In this document: positions 1-10,586 of the stretch, piece by piece
How the letters are laid out: the number at the start of each line of letters is the position of its first letter
How positions within the stretch are numbered: position 1 is the first letter of the stretch
Assembly (NCBI GenBank): GCA_964476255.1
Contig: CAYYYR010000033.1
Coordinates: 6,181-70,180, forward strand
DNA: 64,000 bases
From: an uncultured Nitrososphaera sp.
Lineage (GTDB): Archaea; Thermoproteota; Nitrososphaeria; Nitrososphaerales; Nitrososphaeraceae
Direction: 5' to 3'
Made by a program: the position numbers and the translations under genes
Notes under the pieces: model-generated
Told to the model about the DNA's origin: nothing
Seen by the model: the letters and a program-made list of their open reading frames with translations, nothing else
The model's database searches: none

Positions 1-10
1 TGTCCGGACA

Positions 11-241
11 CTATGCTTCAACAAAAACCTTTCCTTGCATGTCCAGATAGTTGCAGCATTGAATGCAAAAGTATGGGCCCCTGTAGCTGTGCACAGATGG
101 TTTTACGCCACTCTTGCTTTCACATTCTTGGCAGCTTGGAATCTTGTTCGACTGATAAAGTTCGTTCTGCTCGCCTTCCACATATTCTCCGGTAACTAGT
201 CCTTTGTTCGCTCGTTTCATTTTCTTTCTTGCGCGTGTCAT
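11..241 (-). CDS. Small hypothetical zinc-finger-like protein
   Basis: ORF read from Met at 241 (MTRARKK...). Two Cys pairs: CQEC and CIQC. Confidence 0.4.
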   Translation of the reverse strand: MTRARKKMKRANKGLVTGEYVEGEQNELYQSNKIPSCQECESKSGVKPSVHSYRGPYFCIQCCNYLDMQGKVFVEA

Positions 242-433
242 GTGCGGAACCACGATCAAAAAAGCCCTAGCATGTAATCCGACTAACATACAGCTTCTGT
301 TGATAAAACCGCGACGCGAGAGTCTTGAGAAACGCCATGCGCATACTAGACAAGCTTAGAGAGGTTTACGATTCAAGATGATCCAAGGAAAATCATTAAA
401 ATGTTTATAATGATCGGTTCCGAGGCTATCGTC

Positions 434-727
434 GTGAGATTCATAATAAGAGCTCAGATACCAACTGAGGCCGGTAACAGGATGATGCAGAATCCTAATG
501 GAATGCAGCAGATAGAAGCATACATACAAAGCGTCAAGGCGGAAGCAGCATATTTCTTTGAAGCGGGCGGAGACAGGACGATGGTATTCGTGGTCAATAT
601 GGATAGGGCAGATCAGATGGCAGTATTCGCAGAGCCACTTTTCATGATGGGAGCTAAAGTCGAATTCCATCCTGTGATGTTGTTAGAGGACTTGAAGAAA
701 GCAGGAGAAAGTCAGAGCAAGCATTAA
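434..727 (+). CDS. Conserved hypothetical protein (small alpha/beta, GYD/DUF3303-like)
   Basis: Motifs EAAYFF..GGDRT and AEPLF...VEFHPVM resemble a widespread bacterial small family. GTG start at 434 lies ~25 nt after TTTATAA (404-410). Confidence 0.7.
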   Translation: MRFIIRAQIPTEAGNRMMQNPNGMQQIEAYIQSVKAEAAYFFEAGGDRTMVFVVNMDRADQMAVFAEPLFMMGAKVEFHPVMLLEDLKKAGESQSKH

Positions 728-951
728 AGGCTTGCATTCCCGGCAACGCAACTCCGATTTGTAGGGAATAGCGCCACAGGCCGTGTCATCACTTTGTGTT
801 GCGATAGCAGAATCTGCTCAACAAAATAGTAAGGGATAAAGAACGCAAGTGGCAATTGCCCATTCCTACGCAATGGTCCTGATAGCATCAAAGCAATCTC
901 GACCGCGATCTAACGACTGTAGAATAAAAGTTCGAGATAGGCAACCGATGC

Positions 952-1206
952 TTAAGTATGCTTACTCTTCTTAACGACTACGTTGCCGTCCTCATCCCTC
1001 TCGGCTATCAGGACAAGATCTGCCTCTTTCCATTCCAATGCAGCTATCCCGTTCTTGTAGGCAATCTTTACTAGTTCTTTCATGTCGCTGTATGGATTCG
1101 AGCGGGTTGATCTGCGTGCCCGCCCTTGTATGAACTTTGGAGGGGAGCTGCGGTTCCTAAGAGATGCGGATCTGTCCTTTGAAATTAAGTTAGTTTCTTG
1201 AGCCAT
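952..1206 (-). CDS. Hypothetical protein
   Basis: 84-aa ORF with ATG start and protein-like composition; no family recognised. Confidence 0.5.
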   Translation of the reverse strand: MAQETNLISKDRSASLRNRSSPPKFIQGRARRSTRSNPYSDMKELVKIAYKNGIAALEWKEADLVLIAERDEDGNVVVKKSKHT

Positions 1207-1357
1207 TTAGACACCGAACGAGCAATAGCTTATTCCGATTACTAAAGGCCGTGTCCATATGAAGGCCCATTTTTGGTTAAATTAACCACTCATAATTCAG
1301 TCAGTATTCTGCTGGATGAGGCGAGATTGGCCGCAAGATTATTCCCCTTTTTGGTGA

Positions 1358-1987
1358 TTATCTAAGACCTGCTTCATTGGCGTTCTTGAGGCATTCCTTG
1401 GCTCCCTTTTTATCTCCCATCTTTAAAAGGAGGAGACCTTTGTTTTGCCATGCCATTGCATAGCCCTTTTTGAGCTCAAGCGCTCGTTCATAGCATGTCA
1501 ATGCATCGTTTTTCTTATCGAGCATTGTGAGCACGGCACCCTTGTTGTTCCATGCCTCGGCATAAAGCGGGTCGATTTCTATTGCTTTTTGAAAGCAATG
1601 CAATGCTTCATCATTGGACTCGCCCAAGCCCATCAGACTCATTCCTCTGTTGTACCAAGCCCTTGAATGATTTGGGTTTAACTTTACAGCTTGCTCAAAG
1701 CATTGAAGAGCGGCCCTAAGCTCCCCAGTCCTCACAAGGTTCATTCCTTTGACATTTAACGCTTCAGCGTCAGTAGGGTCGTGATTATCAACGCGTTCAG
1801 GTGTTTGTTTTGAAGGTGGCTTTGATACGCTGTTATCATCGTTCTTGGCCTCAGAATGAGACTCTACACTTGCTGAAGGCTTTTCTTCGTGCAGTCGCAT
1901 GTCATTTGAATTGAGAATAGGAATCGCTGTCGGCTGCCTAGAGCCATCCGCTACCCGAATAGGCTTTTCTTCCTCAAGGCTGCTCAT
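1358..1987 (-). CDS. Tetratricopeptide repeat (TPR) protein
   Basis: Repeated TPR consensus (AWYNRG..L, AWNNKG..L, AWQNKG..L) after a disordered N-terminus. Confidence 0.92.
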   Translation of the reverse strand: MSSLEEEKPIRVADGSRQPTAIPILNSNDMRLHEEKPSASVESHSEAKNDDNSVSKPPSKQTPERVDNHDPTDAEALNVKGMNLVRTGELRAALQCFEQAVKLNPNHSRAWYNRGMSLMGLGESNDEALHCFQKAIEIDPLYAEAWNNKGAVLTMLDKKNDALTCYERALELKKGYAMAWQNKGLLLLKMGDKKGAKECLKNANEAGLR

Positions 1988-2488
1988 GATTATATTCCCA
2001 CTATCGATTTATTCTCACCTGTTTATAACACAATAGTCCGTCTTAAACCGATGTAATACTTTTTTGTGACAATGCTCCTTTCGTAAGCCTGGTACATCCT
2101 AGCTCATTAAATCCTTAGAACTTGGAGAGTCCATACTATCGCTCACAAGAAAGATTTTCAGCTTTGTTTCGATTAAAACAATCTATGCAAAGGCTAATGG
2201 TCGACAAAAGAAAAATTAGCTATGGAACTGTGGTTATACATGTTGCAACGAGTTCTATTCCTGTATGGCGGTCTTTTTGTCTTCTCGACTATCGACATGT
2301 CTATCTTTCGCACTTGGTGGCGGCCAAAATACAAGACGCGGGACTAAACACCTTGGATGGGTTAATTCGGGCCAGGCACAGCATGAAGCTGAGTGTTACA
2401 TACTGTGGAACAGTCTGTAACACGAGATACACACGAGCCATTAAACCATCAACATCCTATAGTGCTATTGGTGAGTAGAACACTAACC

Positions 2489-2641
2489 ATGCAGCACGCA
2501 ACACCTGTGAGTCAGCATCAATGCTCCATTTGCAAAGGTTTGAGGTTCTGCAAGGGGATTGGAGTTGAATTCAATTCGAAATTGATTTGCACCAGTTGCC
2601 TAAGCAGGCTACTCTCCGTCCTGGCAGTGCAGATCGATTAA
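2489..2641 (+). CDS. Small Cys-rich (zinc-finger-like) protein
   Basis: 50 aa from ATG 2489: CSIC...C...CTSC. Confidence 0.4.
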   Translation: MQHATPVSQHQCSICKGLRFCKGIGVEFNSKLICTSCLSRLLSVLAVQID

Positions 2642-3001
2642 ACTGACCAATTGTGAAGAATTAGATTTCCAAAATTGTTGAAATCTTGTCTAGTTTCTTT
2701 TTGCCTTCCCTTTCTCTAGCATTATTGGACCGATTGAATAGTTGTCAGACATCGCGCACTCCTTGCAATTAGTTGCTCACTGAGACAACACCCTAACCTA
2801 CTTCTAGTGGCTTCTAGGAATAGTTGCACCCTGGCCTCAAGGTGGCGAGCATTCCTGTTGGAACAATTTCCGCAACCCAAGATTGAACCGGCCAAAGTTC
2901 TAGGCACTGGTCTTTGTATTCGGATCACGAGGAATCCTCAGGATAGTAAAGTCATTCTTAAAAATAGGATTTGCAAACACCATTTCTAACTGATAGCCAG
3001 T

Positions 3002-3355
3002 TTACTTTTCTGTTCCTAATGTATTCTTGGCTTTCTCAGTTCTTTCCCATTTTCCATCTTTGTCTTGACCCACGAGATGATGAACACCAATGACATTGGC
3101 TATCATCTTGACAGTAAATTCATCGCCAAAGAATAGGTCAACTATTTGTTGTTTTGTAAATCCCCTTTCGATACACCGGATCACATACATGCACTGCGAC
3201 ATAGAGTTCAGCGTTCTTGGATCCGGTATGCATAAAACAGGGTCATCTTGCACTTGGTCCATCAGCTGCTTCCTTCTTTGTTCTATTCCATCGCGGCGTT
3301 TTTGTTCCTGCTGTGACGGTAACGACGCGACTAGTGAAGATAGATCGAACGTCAT
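3002..3355 (-). CDS. Hypothetical protein (possible C-terminal winged helix)
   Basis: 117-aa ORF. C-terminus GFTKQQIVD...GKWERTEKAK looks wHTH-like. Confidence 0.6.
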   Translation of the reverse strand: MTFDLSSLVASLPSQQEQKRRDGIEQRRKQLMDQVQDDPVLCIPDPRTLNSMSQCMYVIRCIERGFTKQQIVDLFFGDEFTVKMIANVIGVHHLVGQDKDGKWERTEKAKNTLGTEK

Positions 3356-3613
3356 TTTGTCCTACCATTCTCGTAGAAAGTCACGAACTTATGTTCGTTT
3401 GAATGTATGGGAATTTACATACAATTCGAATCATCTGCACGAAAGAGAACTACGATACGCGAATCAAGAACATCAATAGACAATTGGAACCAATGTATTA
3501 AATGGATAAATTAGAAGCCTGTGATATTCAAGGCCAAACGAGGCCCTTTGGGATCCAACTTCTAGCTGCGTACATGATCTGGGTGGGAAGTCTCCCACCC
3601 AATTGTCTCTTTC

Positions 3614-4147
3614 TCAGCAATTCACGAGCGGGCTTTGCTTGTGCAGTTTCTTCAACGATTGAAGCAATTCACGGAGTTGTTCGTGAGTCGGATTCCATCC
3701 CTGAATTGCATTGATATCTACGTTTATCTTCTTTAGAGCTTCAAACATTTCCTTGTCTTCTACCGTATCAACTAGGACACTCAACTCAAATGGCTTTTGC
3801 AACAGCTCTACGATTGCATGCAGGTTCTTTACCGATTCCTGCAATGTGCTCAATACATAAGCTGAGGCAAAAATTATTCGCTGGTGCGGATTTTTCTGAA
3901 GGATAGACTTTGCAGCGTCCATTCCGTCCATTTTTGGCATTCTGTAATCCAAGATTACTGCATCAAATGGTGGATGAACAGTAAGATATGCTTCAGACTT
4001 GTCGGCAAGTTTGCTCAAGGCCTCTTCATAGGCATTTACGCATTCCTGACCATCATTTGTCAATATTATCTGGTGCCCTCTATCTTCCAGCGCAAGTCGG
4101 TAAACAGCCGAGATTGAAGATTCGTCTTCTGCAACTAGTATCTTCAT
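3614..4147 (-). CDS. Response regulator receiver protein
   Basis: ILVAEDE, VILDYRMPKMDG (phospho-Asp), FASA and KPF motifs. Lies downstream of a histidine kinase on the same strand. Confidence 0.95.
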   Translation of the reverse strand: MKILVAEDESSISAVYRLALEDRGHQIILTNDGQECVNAYEEALSKLADKSEAYLTVHPPFDAVILDYRMPKMDGMDAAKSILQKNPHQRIIFASAYVLSTLQESVKNLHAIVELLQKPFELSVLVDTVEDKEMFEALKKINVDINAIQGWNPTHEQLRELLQSLKKLHKQSPLVNC

Positions 4148-4232
4148 TTCTTCTAACCATCATTAATCTAGTTATGGTGCTTATCAATTGTTGTATGTTT
4201 TAGGAGCAACTTACACAATCTGTCAGACATCG

Positions 4233-5456
4233 CTAACCCTTAATCGGAAGAGTCACCAAAAACGTAGCTCCTCTACCCGTTGAGTTGTTATATGCGATAA
4301 TATCTCCACCATGCGCCCGTACTATCGATCTGGTGATGAACAATCCCAGGCCTGTCCCGTTCTGACCACCGGAATGGTGGCTGGGACCTTTTGATGAGAA
4401 CCTTTCGAATAGCTTCGGCAATATTTCCTGCGGAATGCCTTCTCCGGTATCACTTATTTTGATCTCAAATATCCCCTTTTCAGCCAATATGTGGGTCCGC
4501 ACTGTTATCTCACCATCCTTCGTGAACTTCATGGCATTTCCGATCAAGTTCGATAACGCCTGAATCAGGCGTTCCCTATCAATTTGGAGTTCAATGTCCT
4601 GATCCAGTTCAGCTACGATTTGGACAACGCTTGGTTCATTTTGGTTCTTCATATCGTTGTTACTTACATGCATATTGATTCGTCCATTCTCCACAACTTC
4701 GTTTAGAATTTCGTTGACCCTGATTTTTCTCAAATCGCATGAAAGGCTTCCATTTTCGATCTTGGCGAGATCCAGGAGGTTATCGGCGAGCTTTTTCAGT
4801 CTTTTGGCTTCTCTGACAATAATGGTAAGTGCTTCATCCAGGTGAGCGGGGTTGCTCTTTGCCATTTCGGCCATGATCAGTATTGGCTGGATCGGAGTAC
4901 GAAGGTCATGGGCAGCAATTCGAATGAAATCCTCCTTTAATTTCTGGGCTTCCTTCAATTGCTCAAAAGCTTCCTGCAGCTGTTGTCTTGTTCTTTGCAT
5001 TTCAGTCATGTCTGTGATCGCAGTATTGCTGCCAACAAGATTGTTGTTATCGTCATAGAGGCTGGTTGCATTTAGCAGTGCAGCAAAAATGCTGTTGTCC
5101 TTCCTCTTGAGAAATATTTCCTTATCCTTTACTGCTCCGCGCAGCTGCCATTCCTTGAATGAATTGTGCATTGCATCCATGCTTTCTGGTGCAACGTGTT
5201 CGAACAGTGAATGCCCTATTACGTCACTTTTTGTAGAGTATCCTAGGGTATCGGCGTACGCCTGGTTGCAATCTATTATGAAGCCATGAATGTCTATAGT
5301 CCGGTACATCGATGGCGATCCTTCATACAATTTCTTGTATCTATTTTCAAGTTCTCTTACTTGGTTATAGAGGGTCTCTATGACCTCCTCCCTTCGTGAG
5401 CCGAAAATACCCCTCTTTGTTACATTACCGGAGTATGGCTCTTGCCTAACTGACAA
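4233..5456 (-). CDS. PAS-domain sensor histidine kinase (cytoplasmic)
   Basis: PAS domain, H-box AAHDLRTP, N-box NLIGNAMKF, G1 DTGEGI, G2 GTGLGL. Confidence 0.95.
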   Translation of the reverse strand: MSVRQEPYSGNVTKRGIFGSRREEVIETLYNQVRELENRYKKLYEGSPSMYRTIDIHGFIIDCNQAYADTLGYSTKSDVIGHSLFEHVAPESMDAMHNSFKEWQLRGAVKDKEIFLKRKDNSIFAALLNATSLYDDNNNLVGSNTAITDMTEMQRTRQQLQEAFEQLKEAQKLKEDFIRIAAHDLRTPIQPILIMAEMAKSNPAHLDEALTIIVREAKRLKKLADNLLDLAKIENGSLSCDLRKIRVNEILNEVVENGRINMHVSNNDMKNQNEPSVVQIVAELDQDIELQIDRERLIQALSNLIGNAMKFTKDGEITVRTHILAEKGIFEIKISDTGEGIPQEILPKLFERFSSKGPSHHSGGQNGTGLGLFITRSIVRAHGGDIIAYNNSTGRGATFLVTLPIKG

Positions 5457-5694
5457 CTAGACAGAAATCGCTTCTTGGTCACTAATAAAACCAAGCGTGT
5501 AATTGCCTTTACAGACAAGACAATGTCGTTCGCAATCGAATAGGCTCCGCCGGGTGAGTCGGAGACAGGGGAGTAAAACGATTGAAAAATGTTGCGAATA
5601 GGATTTGACATATGAGCCTAGTCTAGCGAACGCGTCCTTCAGACCCGCCATTCCGAATCGTAGATCTTAAATATAACCAAGTGAACTTGCACCA

Positions 5695-6720
5695 ATGGAC
5701 TCTAAAGGTTTTTTGAGGTCAACTTTCGCATCGTTAGTGGCGGCCGCTTTCCTATCCCTTTCCTTGACTGGTGGGGCAGCTGCACAAACGATTCCGGGCA
5801 TGACACTGGTGAGCGGTACATATACAAATGCAGACGCAGGTGTCGAAATTGAATTTCCCGAAGGATGGGAGGGATTCGAATTCGCCGCCGAGCAAGCATT
5901 GATCGTAATGACAACTATGGGAGGCGATTCGGAAAAAGTGATCGGGTTATTAATTGGCGACAAAACAGAAGTAGAAGATCCTACCGATCCCAGCGAATTT
6001 TCGCAAGACGCTGAAATGGAATGTGCAACGCCATCTGTCACATCTACAACTGTGGCAGGTAGGTCAGGTCAGGAAGTTACCGTCGAATGCACAGTAGATG
6101 GAGTTGCAAGTAAGATGAAGATGGTCGTCGCAAATACCGAGGAACAATGGATTACCCTAATATACATGGCTCCTACCGCTGAGTTTGCTGCAGACGAAGC
6201 TTCATTCGACGCAACAGTGCAATCACTTACGGTGCAAGGTGCAGTTGACGTCGAGGGGACCGGAGACGGCGGCGTGATTATTGACGTGCCTACTATTGAT
6301 CTAACTGTCGTGACGCGTACCGTCGTTATTGCCGGGGAAAACGTGGATGTCGAAATCAGAACAAGCTCTACAATAGGCCAACTTGAATTGGATGAAGAAA
6401 ACAACCGAGTCTCATTCACAGTTGACGGTGAGGATGGAACTGAAGGTACTGCCGAAATATCTATTGGAAGAGTACTCGAAGGACCTTACACCGTGACAAT
6501 TGACGGTCAAGCCACAACTGAATTTGAGGAAACTATGTCAGCATCAGGCGAAGCCATGCTCACAATATCGTACACACACAGCGAACACGACGTCGATATT
6601 ACTGGTACCAGCGTTGTCCCAGAGTTTCCAGTAGCTGTTATTGGCGTGATAGCTGTCGTAGTAGGAATCGTAGCTATTATCGGGAGAACAAAGCTGGTTT
6701 CAGGATATCGACACACATAA
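5695..6720 (+). CDS. Exported acidic surface protein with PEF(G)-CTERM-type sorting signal
   Basis: N-terminal signal peptide, PsbP-like region, and C-terminal VVPEFP + TM helix + basic residues. Confidence 0.9.
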   Translation: MDSKGFLRSTFASLVAAAFLSLSLTGGAAAQTIPGMTLVSGTYTNADAGVEIEFPEGWEGFEFAAEQALIVMTTMGGDSEKVIGLLIGDKTEVEDPTDPSEFSQDAEMECATPSVTSTTVAGRSGQEVTVECTVDGVASKMKMVVANTEEQWITLIYMAPTAEFAADEASFDATVQSLTVQGAVDVEGTGDGGVIIDVPTIDLTVVTRTVVIAGENVDVEIRTSSTIGQLELDEENNRVSFTVDGEDGTEGTAEISIGRVLEGPYTVTIDGQATTEFEETMSASGEAMLTISYTHSEHDVDITGTSVVPEFPVAVIGVIAVVVGIVAIIGRTKLVSGYRHT

Positions 6721-6731
6721 TCGAGGAGCCA

Positions 6732-6786
6732 GAGGGTTGGAGGTAGATGCCTCCGCCCTCCCTCCCACAACATTTTCTTGTCTTTT
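6732..6786 (+). terminator. Hairpin plus T-rich tract, probable terminator
   Basis: GAGGGTTGGAGG-tagatg-CCTCCGCCCTC stem followed by TTTTCTTGTCTTTT, between convergent genes. Confidence 0.5.
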
Positions 6787-6816
6787 ACCCAAACGCCACC
6801 ATTGAATAGAATCGCG

Positions 6817-8712
6817 CTATAGGTACAGTTTTTCCCATCCAAAGCGCTCTTTGGCCTTTTCCATGCAGTTGTTTAGTGCCGTCTTGCTGCCTAGGAATGA
6901 GACCTTTCCTTCCGCGATATTGCCTTGGAACTTTCTATCCTCAAATGCGTCACTCAGAATATGGCGAAGTTTGGATTTTGCCATTGTTTTCAGGATTTCA
7001 GTTATGCCTGCCTCTATTCCGGTAGAATTGCCGTAATGCTCGACGAACTTTGCGAATCTGGGATCATTCATCAAACCCTGCAGTGACAGGCACCAAATGA
7101 GGTTCCTGGCCTTCGACGATACGTACCCGTATTTCGCGCCTCCTGTATTTCTTATCTCCCGGAGCACGCTAGGAAGTCTGAACTGAACCTTGTAGACCAG
7201 GACGAATTTTCTTGGATCAACCTCAAGGTACCTGTCTTTGAAAGTATCAGCGTACCATGCCTCATTCTCAAAAACCTCTTTCATTTCAGATATTCTATCT
7301 ATCTGACTCTGCATTGCAAGCAATGTCTGCGCAAATTTCCTAATTTCAATAACCCCTTTTTCCACGCCTTCTGCCTCCAAGTCCTCGTCAGTGAGATTCT
7401 TGTACGCATTTTCTCTTCTCTCATAGTAGATGCCCAGCTTGGCAAATAGCTCTTCAAATCCGACTTGAACCAAGTCATTTGCCCTAAGATTCCATGGCAT
7501 TATTGGGTTCTGCCTGTTGTTGTTGATTGTCACCCGCTTCAGAAAATCATGATCGCCTGACTTGATCACTCTGGTCAATATCTTGACGTTCGCAAGACCA
7601 TCACTTATAGAAGTCGCTGCAGAAGAACTCACATCCGATTTCTTCCTCTTCCTGCCTCTGCTTTTCCCTTCGTGTTCATCAACAAATTGTTTGAGAATTT
7701 TAATGGTCTGCGCCCCGTTCAGGACCCGAGGCTCAACCAGGCGCAGCTGTACCCCGTCAGATTCGAGCTTTTGAGCCGTCAGAGTTATGCCATTGTGATA
7801 GAGGGTAAAGTTCTCGGCAGACTCCTCAGCAGAAATAATCCTGTCCAGTGACTTTTTTATATGATCATTTGTCATACTTCCATCGTCAAGACCGGAGCGG
7901 ATATTCTTTTCAAAGAACCGCTCGCCAAGGTCCCTGTACATCTGGTACAACGAATTGAGAGGAATGAGTGCTATCGTCATTTCATTCTGGTTTCCGGCAA
8001 TCTTGAGCGTCTGTCCAAGTGGAATCAAGTATTCGATGCTGTCCCTGGATGACGTGGTATGACCAAACGATCTTTGTGTTGAAACGTATTGAAATATTAC
8101 CTCATGAATGCGATCAGGCTGATCCACACGACTAAAGTATCCTTCAATTATTCCCCTCTTGTCTTCAACAGTCTCCCTGAGGAAGCTGAGAACCTTGCTT
8201 TGCTCTGCGTTAATAGGATCTCCGTTAAATACAAAGTTTATTACAAACCTATCAATTTCCTTCCAATTCTTGAAAAGATCAGACTTTAGCAGGGTAATCA
8301 TGGGCGGATCATCAGGATCCTTGGTAAGGTCAATGAAAATCTTGTCAATTCCCCTGCTCCCGAGTTTGTCCAGCGGATCCTTGAATGACCTGTGGTCTTC
8401 AGACCACCTAAATGTGAAAATATGGAATGTCGCTTCTCTCTTGTCTAGGTAATAACCGTCTACTCCATAGTCAGTGCCCCCGAATGCTACGCAAGACAAT
8501 ACCTGCTCAGGAGGAACGCCAAACTTGTTCGAAATGTGCGCGACACCAAAGTAGTCTTCCTTTCTTCCCCCACATCGTGGTGAAAACCTCGAATGTAGCT
8601 CGGTTACATGCTCCAGAGTTACACTTTTTGCTTTTCCTGCTGATGGTGACGAATTTGGTGTTATCAACGTACTTGCTTCGGATGCAGACCGACTTAAATC
8701 CTTTACAAACAT
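6817..8712 (-). CDS. AIPR family protein (abortive infection phage resistance, ParB-like)
   Basis: AIPR motifs FEKNIRSGL, FTLYHNGIT, VLNGAQT and NNRQNPI. Confidence 0.88.
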   Translation of the reverse strand: MFVKDLSRSASEASTLITPNSSPSAGKAKSVTLEHVTELHSRFSPRCGGRKEDYFGVAHISNKFGVPPEQVLSCVAFGGTDYGVDGYYLDKREATFHIFTFRWSEDHRSFKDPLDKLGSRGIDKIFIDLTKDPDDPPMITLLKSDLFKNWKEIDRFVINFVFNGDPINAEQSKVLSFLRETVEDKRGIIEGYFSRVDQPDRIHEVIFQYVSTQRSFGHTTSSRDSIEYLIPLGQTLKIAGNQNEMTIALIPLNSLYQMYRDLGERFFEKNIRSGLDDGSMTNDHIKKSLDRIISAEESAENFTLYHNGITLTAQKLESDGVQLRLVEPRVLNGAQTIKILKQFVDEHEGKSRGRKRKKSDVSSSAATSISDGLANVKILTRVIKSGDHDFLKRVTINNNRQNPIMPWNLRANDLVQVGFEELFAKLGIYYERRENAYKNLTDEDLEAEGVEKGVIEIRKFAQTLLAMQSQIDRISEMKEVFENEAWYADTFKDRYLEVDPRKFVLVYKVQFRLPSVLREIRNTGGAKYGYVSSKARNLIWCLSLQGLMNDPRFAKFVEHYGNSTGIEAGITEILKTMAKSKLRHILSDAFEDRKFQGNIAEGKVSFLGSKTALNNCMEKAKERFGWEKLYL

Positions 8713-8849
8713 GTGTAACCTTATTTCTCCTTGTAATGAGCAGATTTATTCGCTTGAATTTAAAATGAAGAATACGCTTAATTGTGGTAACAAAGTCAAA
8801 TTTGTTTAACAACCCGTCATTTAGACGTATCAGATACCAATAAATTCAG

Positions 8850-9206
8850 ATGATAGTTTCCTCTGACTTGGTTCCAAATGGCCGCAACAGCCTTGGAATT
8901 GTCATGCAAAAGATCCTTGTAGTGGAGCAGGAAATACTGATGCTCAACCGACACGAGAGAGAGCACGTTGCAACGAACGGCGAGCAGGCTAAGCAAAGTA
9001 TTTCATGTCCATACTGCCAGCAAAAAAATTTAAAGCAGCAGGCAAATGCCTGTGTCGAGCAAGGGGAAAACGGCAAAAGGATAGCAACGTTAAATGAAAT
9101 GGAGCGGGAGGTCGAAATCTCTGGCAAGAACGGTTGTGTGCTTGTGCCCAAGACGTGGGCTGGAAAAAGGGTAAGAATCATGATATTAGATGATGATACG
9201 GCTTGA
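8850..9206 (+). CDS. DUF2080-like (AbrB-fold, transposon-associated family) protein
   Basis: C-terminal EREVEISGKNGCVLVPKTWAGKRVRI matches the DUF2080 pattern. Start codon uncertain. Confidence 0.55.
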   Translation: MIVSSDLVPNGRNSLGIVMQKILVVEQEILMLNRHEREHVATNGEQAKQSISCPYCQQKNLKQQANACVEQGENGKRIATLNEMEREVEISGKNGCVLVPKTWAGKRVRIMILDDDTA

Positions 9207-9480
9207 GGCCGTTGCATGGAAACATCATGACACGACTATTGACGTAAATTCAATAATTCTTTCCTGCAAGGAAGCTTCTTCGTAAAGTTATCTGCTTGAA
9301 TGTCGTTTTGCTTGCATCTAGCCTTTTTCCACATGTCGCGCCTCCTACATACAACCGCATAATTCAACTACAGGGCGTTTGATCAGTGGAATGCGAAAAA
9401 AGTAGGTAAGGACTGCCAAGACTGTGACAACTGAATAAAAGACTGAAATAGTTCAGGGAGGCTAGTTCGGCAACGCGATT

Positions 9481-9789
9481 CTAGCCAAACAAGGACGATA
9501 GCCCTTCGAGGGCCTCTTCTTCTTTCTTTTCATCCTTCTTTTCTTCTGCCTTAGCTGCCGCGCCAGCCGCCGGAGCTGCCGCGCCACCTGCTGGAGCAGC
9601 CGCTGCAACTGCCATTGGAGCTGCCTTTAATGCCTCTTCAATGTTTACTTCGCTCAAAGCCGCCACTAGCGCCTTCACTCTAACATCGTCCGGAGTGACG
9701 CCGGCAGCCTTTACAACATTCTTGACGCCGTCTTCCGAGATATTCTGCTTTAATTTGTGTAGCAGCAATGCCGCATATACGTATTCCAT
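9481..9789 (-). CDS. rpl12: 50S ribosomal stalk protein L12 (aP1)
   Basis: [12 protein letters not shown]-terminus, Ala-rich hinge, acidic tail ending GLSSLFG. Confidence 0.97.
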   Translation of the reverse strand: MEYVYAALLLHKLKQNISEDGVKNVVKAAGVTPDDVRVKALVAALSEVNIEEALKAAPMAVAAAAPAGGAAAPAAGAAAKAEEKKDEKKEEEALEGLSSLFG

Positions 9790-10194
9790 GATGAAGTGCA
9801 TCCGTTAAATACCATATTTGAACCTAACGCCCTTTGCAACAGAATAAGATCGCCTTCCAACATAAATCAAGGCTGACTGCCACCTCTGATCAACATCAAC
9901 CTGCTGAGTGCATTGGCTATCCTCCTCCTTTCCATTCTGCAGATAGTTCTGCTAATGAATTGAATAAGGACAACAGTATACGTCCTGATGCTAAACTTGG
10001 ACATCATCCGTCATAAATAATACTCATTAAATCGATACTCAAGTCTTGTTATTGTAGCCAGATACTGCGTATTCGGCAATAACAGCTGAAAACCCTCTTT
10101 AAGATGAGGGAGTACCTTTTATTCGAATTTTGGAATTCTAGCTTTTGCCGGTTGTGTCACTGTATGGCTTCAGCATAGAAGGAGTGGATAGAAA

Positions 10195-10413
10195 ATGATG
10201 GTATGCCGAGAACTCTGTAAAAAACTAGGCGTTCGACATCGGGTGAGCAGCTACACATCTGGTCTGGCATATTGCAGCCATTGCGAGGTCTATTTTGACC
10301 CGGTAGAGCTGAAGAAAAAGACAATGCGGTGTCCTTGCTGCAATCAGCGCCTTAGAGTAAGACCGAGGATGAACATCAATAGCAAGAGAATTCCTGACAG
10401 TCGATACCACTAA
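10195..10413 (+). CDS. Small zinc-ribbon protein
   Basis: CRELC...YCSHC...RCPCC.RLR..PR pattern, typical of thaumarchaeal small Zn proteins. Confidence 0.7.
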   Translation: MMVCRELCKKLGVRHRVSSYTSGLAYCSHCEVYFDPVELKKKTMRCPCCNQRLRVRPRMNINSKRIPDSRYH

Positions 10414-10482
10414 GTATACAAAGTAACCCTTATTCTGATGGTGCTTCATCGGTCTTGATTCATAGCTGTGTTGATAATATTA

Positions 10483-10586
10483 TGGTGGACCGGGTGGGAT
10501 TCGAACCCACGACCACCTACGTATCCTCTGCCGGTGTTGCATTCGGCATGCAAGGCAGGTATTCTACCGGACTAAACTACCGGCCC
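10483..10586 (-). tRNA. tRNA-Ala(UGC) with 27-nt intron and encoded CCA
   Basis: Minus strand GGGCCGG...CCGGTCC-A-CCA with G3:U70 Ala determinant. Anticodon arm CCTGC-CT-TGC-A[intron]C-GTAGG; T arm GTGGG-TTCGAAT-CCCAC. Intron at about 10523-10549. Confidence 0.95.

Noticed and set aside
9481..9789. rpl12 separated from rpl10/rpl1/rpl11
   Set aside because: As far as I recall, this stalk operon is commonly split in Thaumarchaeota. The protein itself is ordinary.
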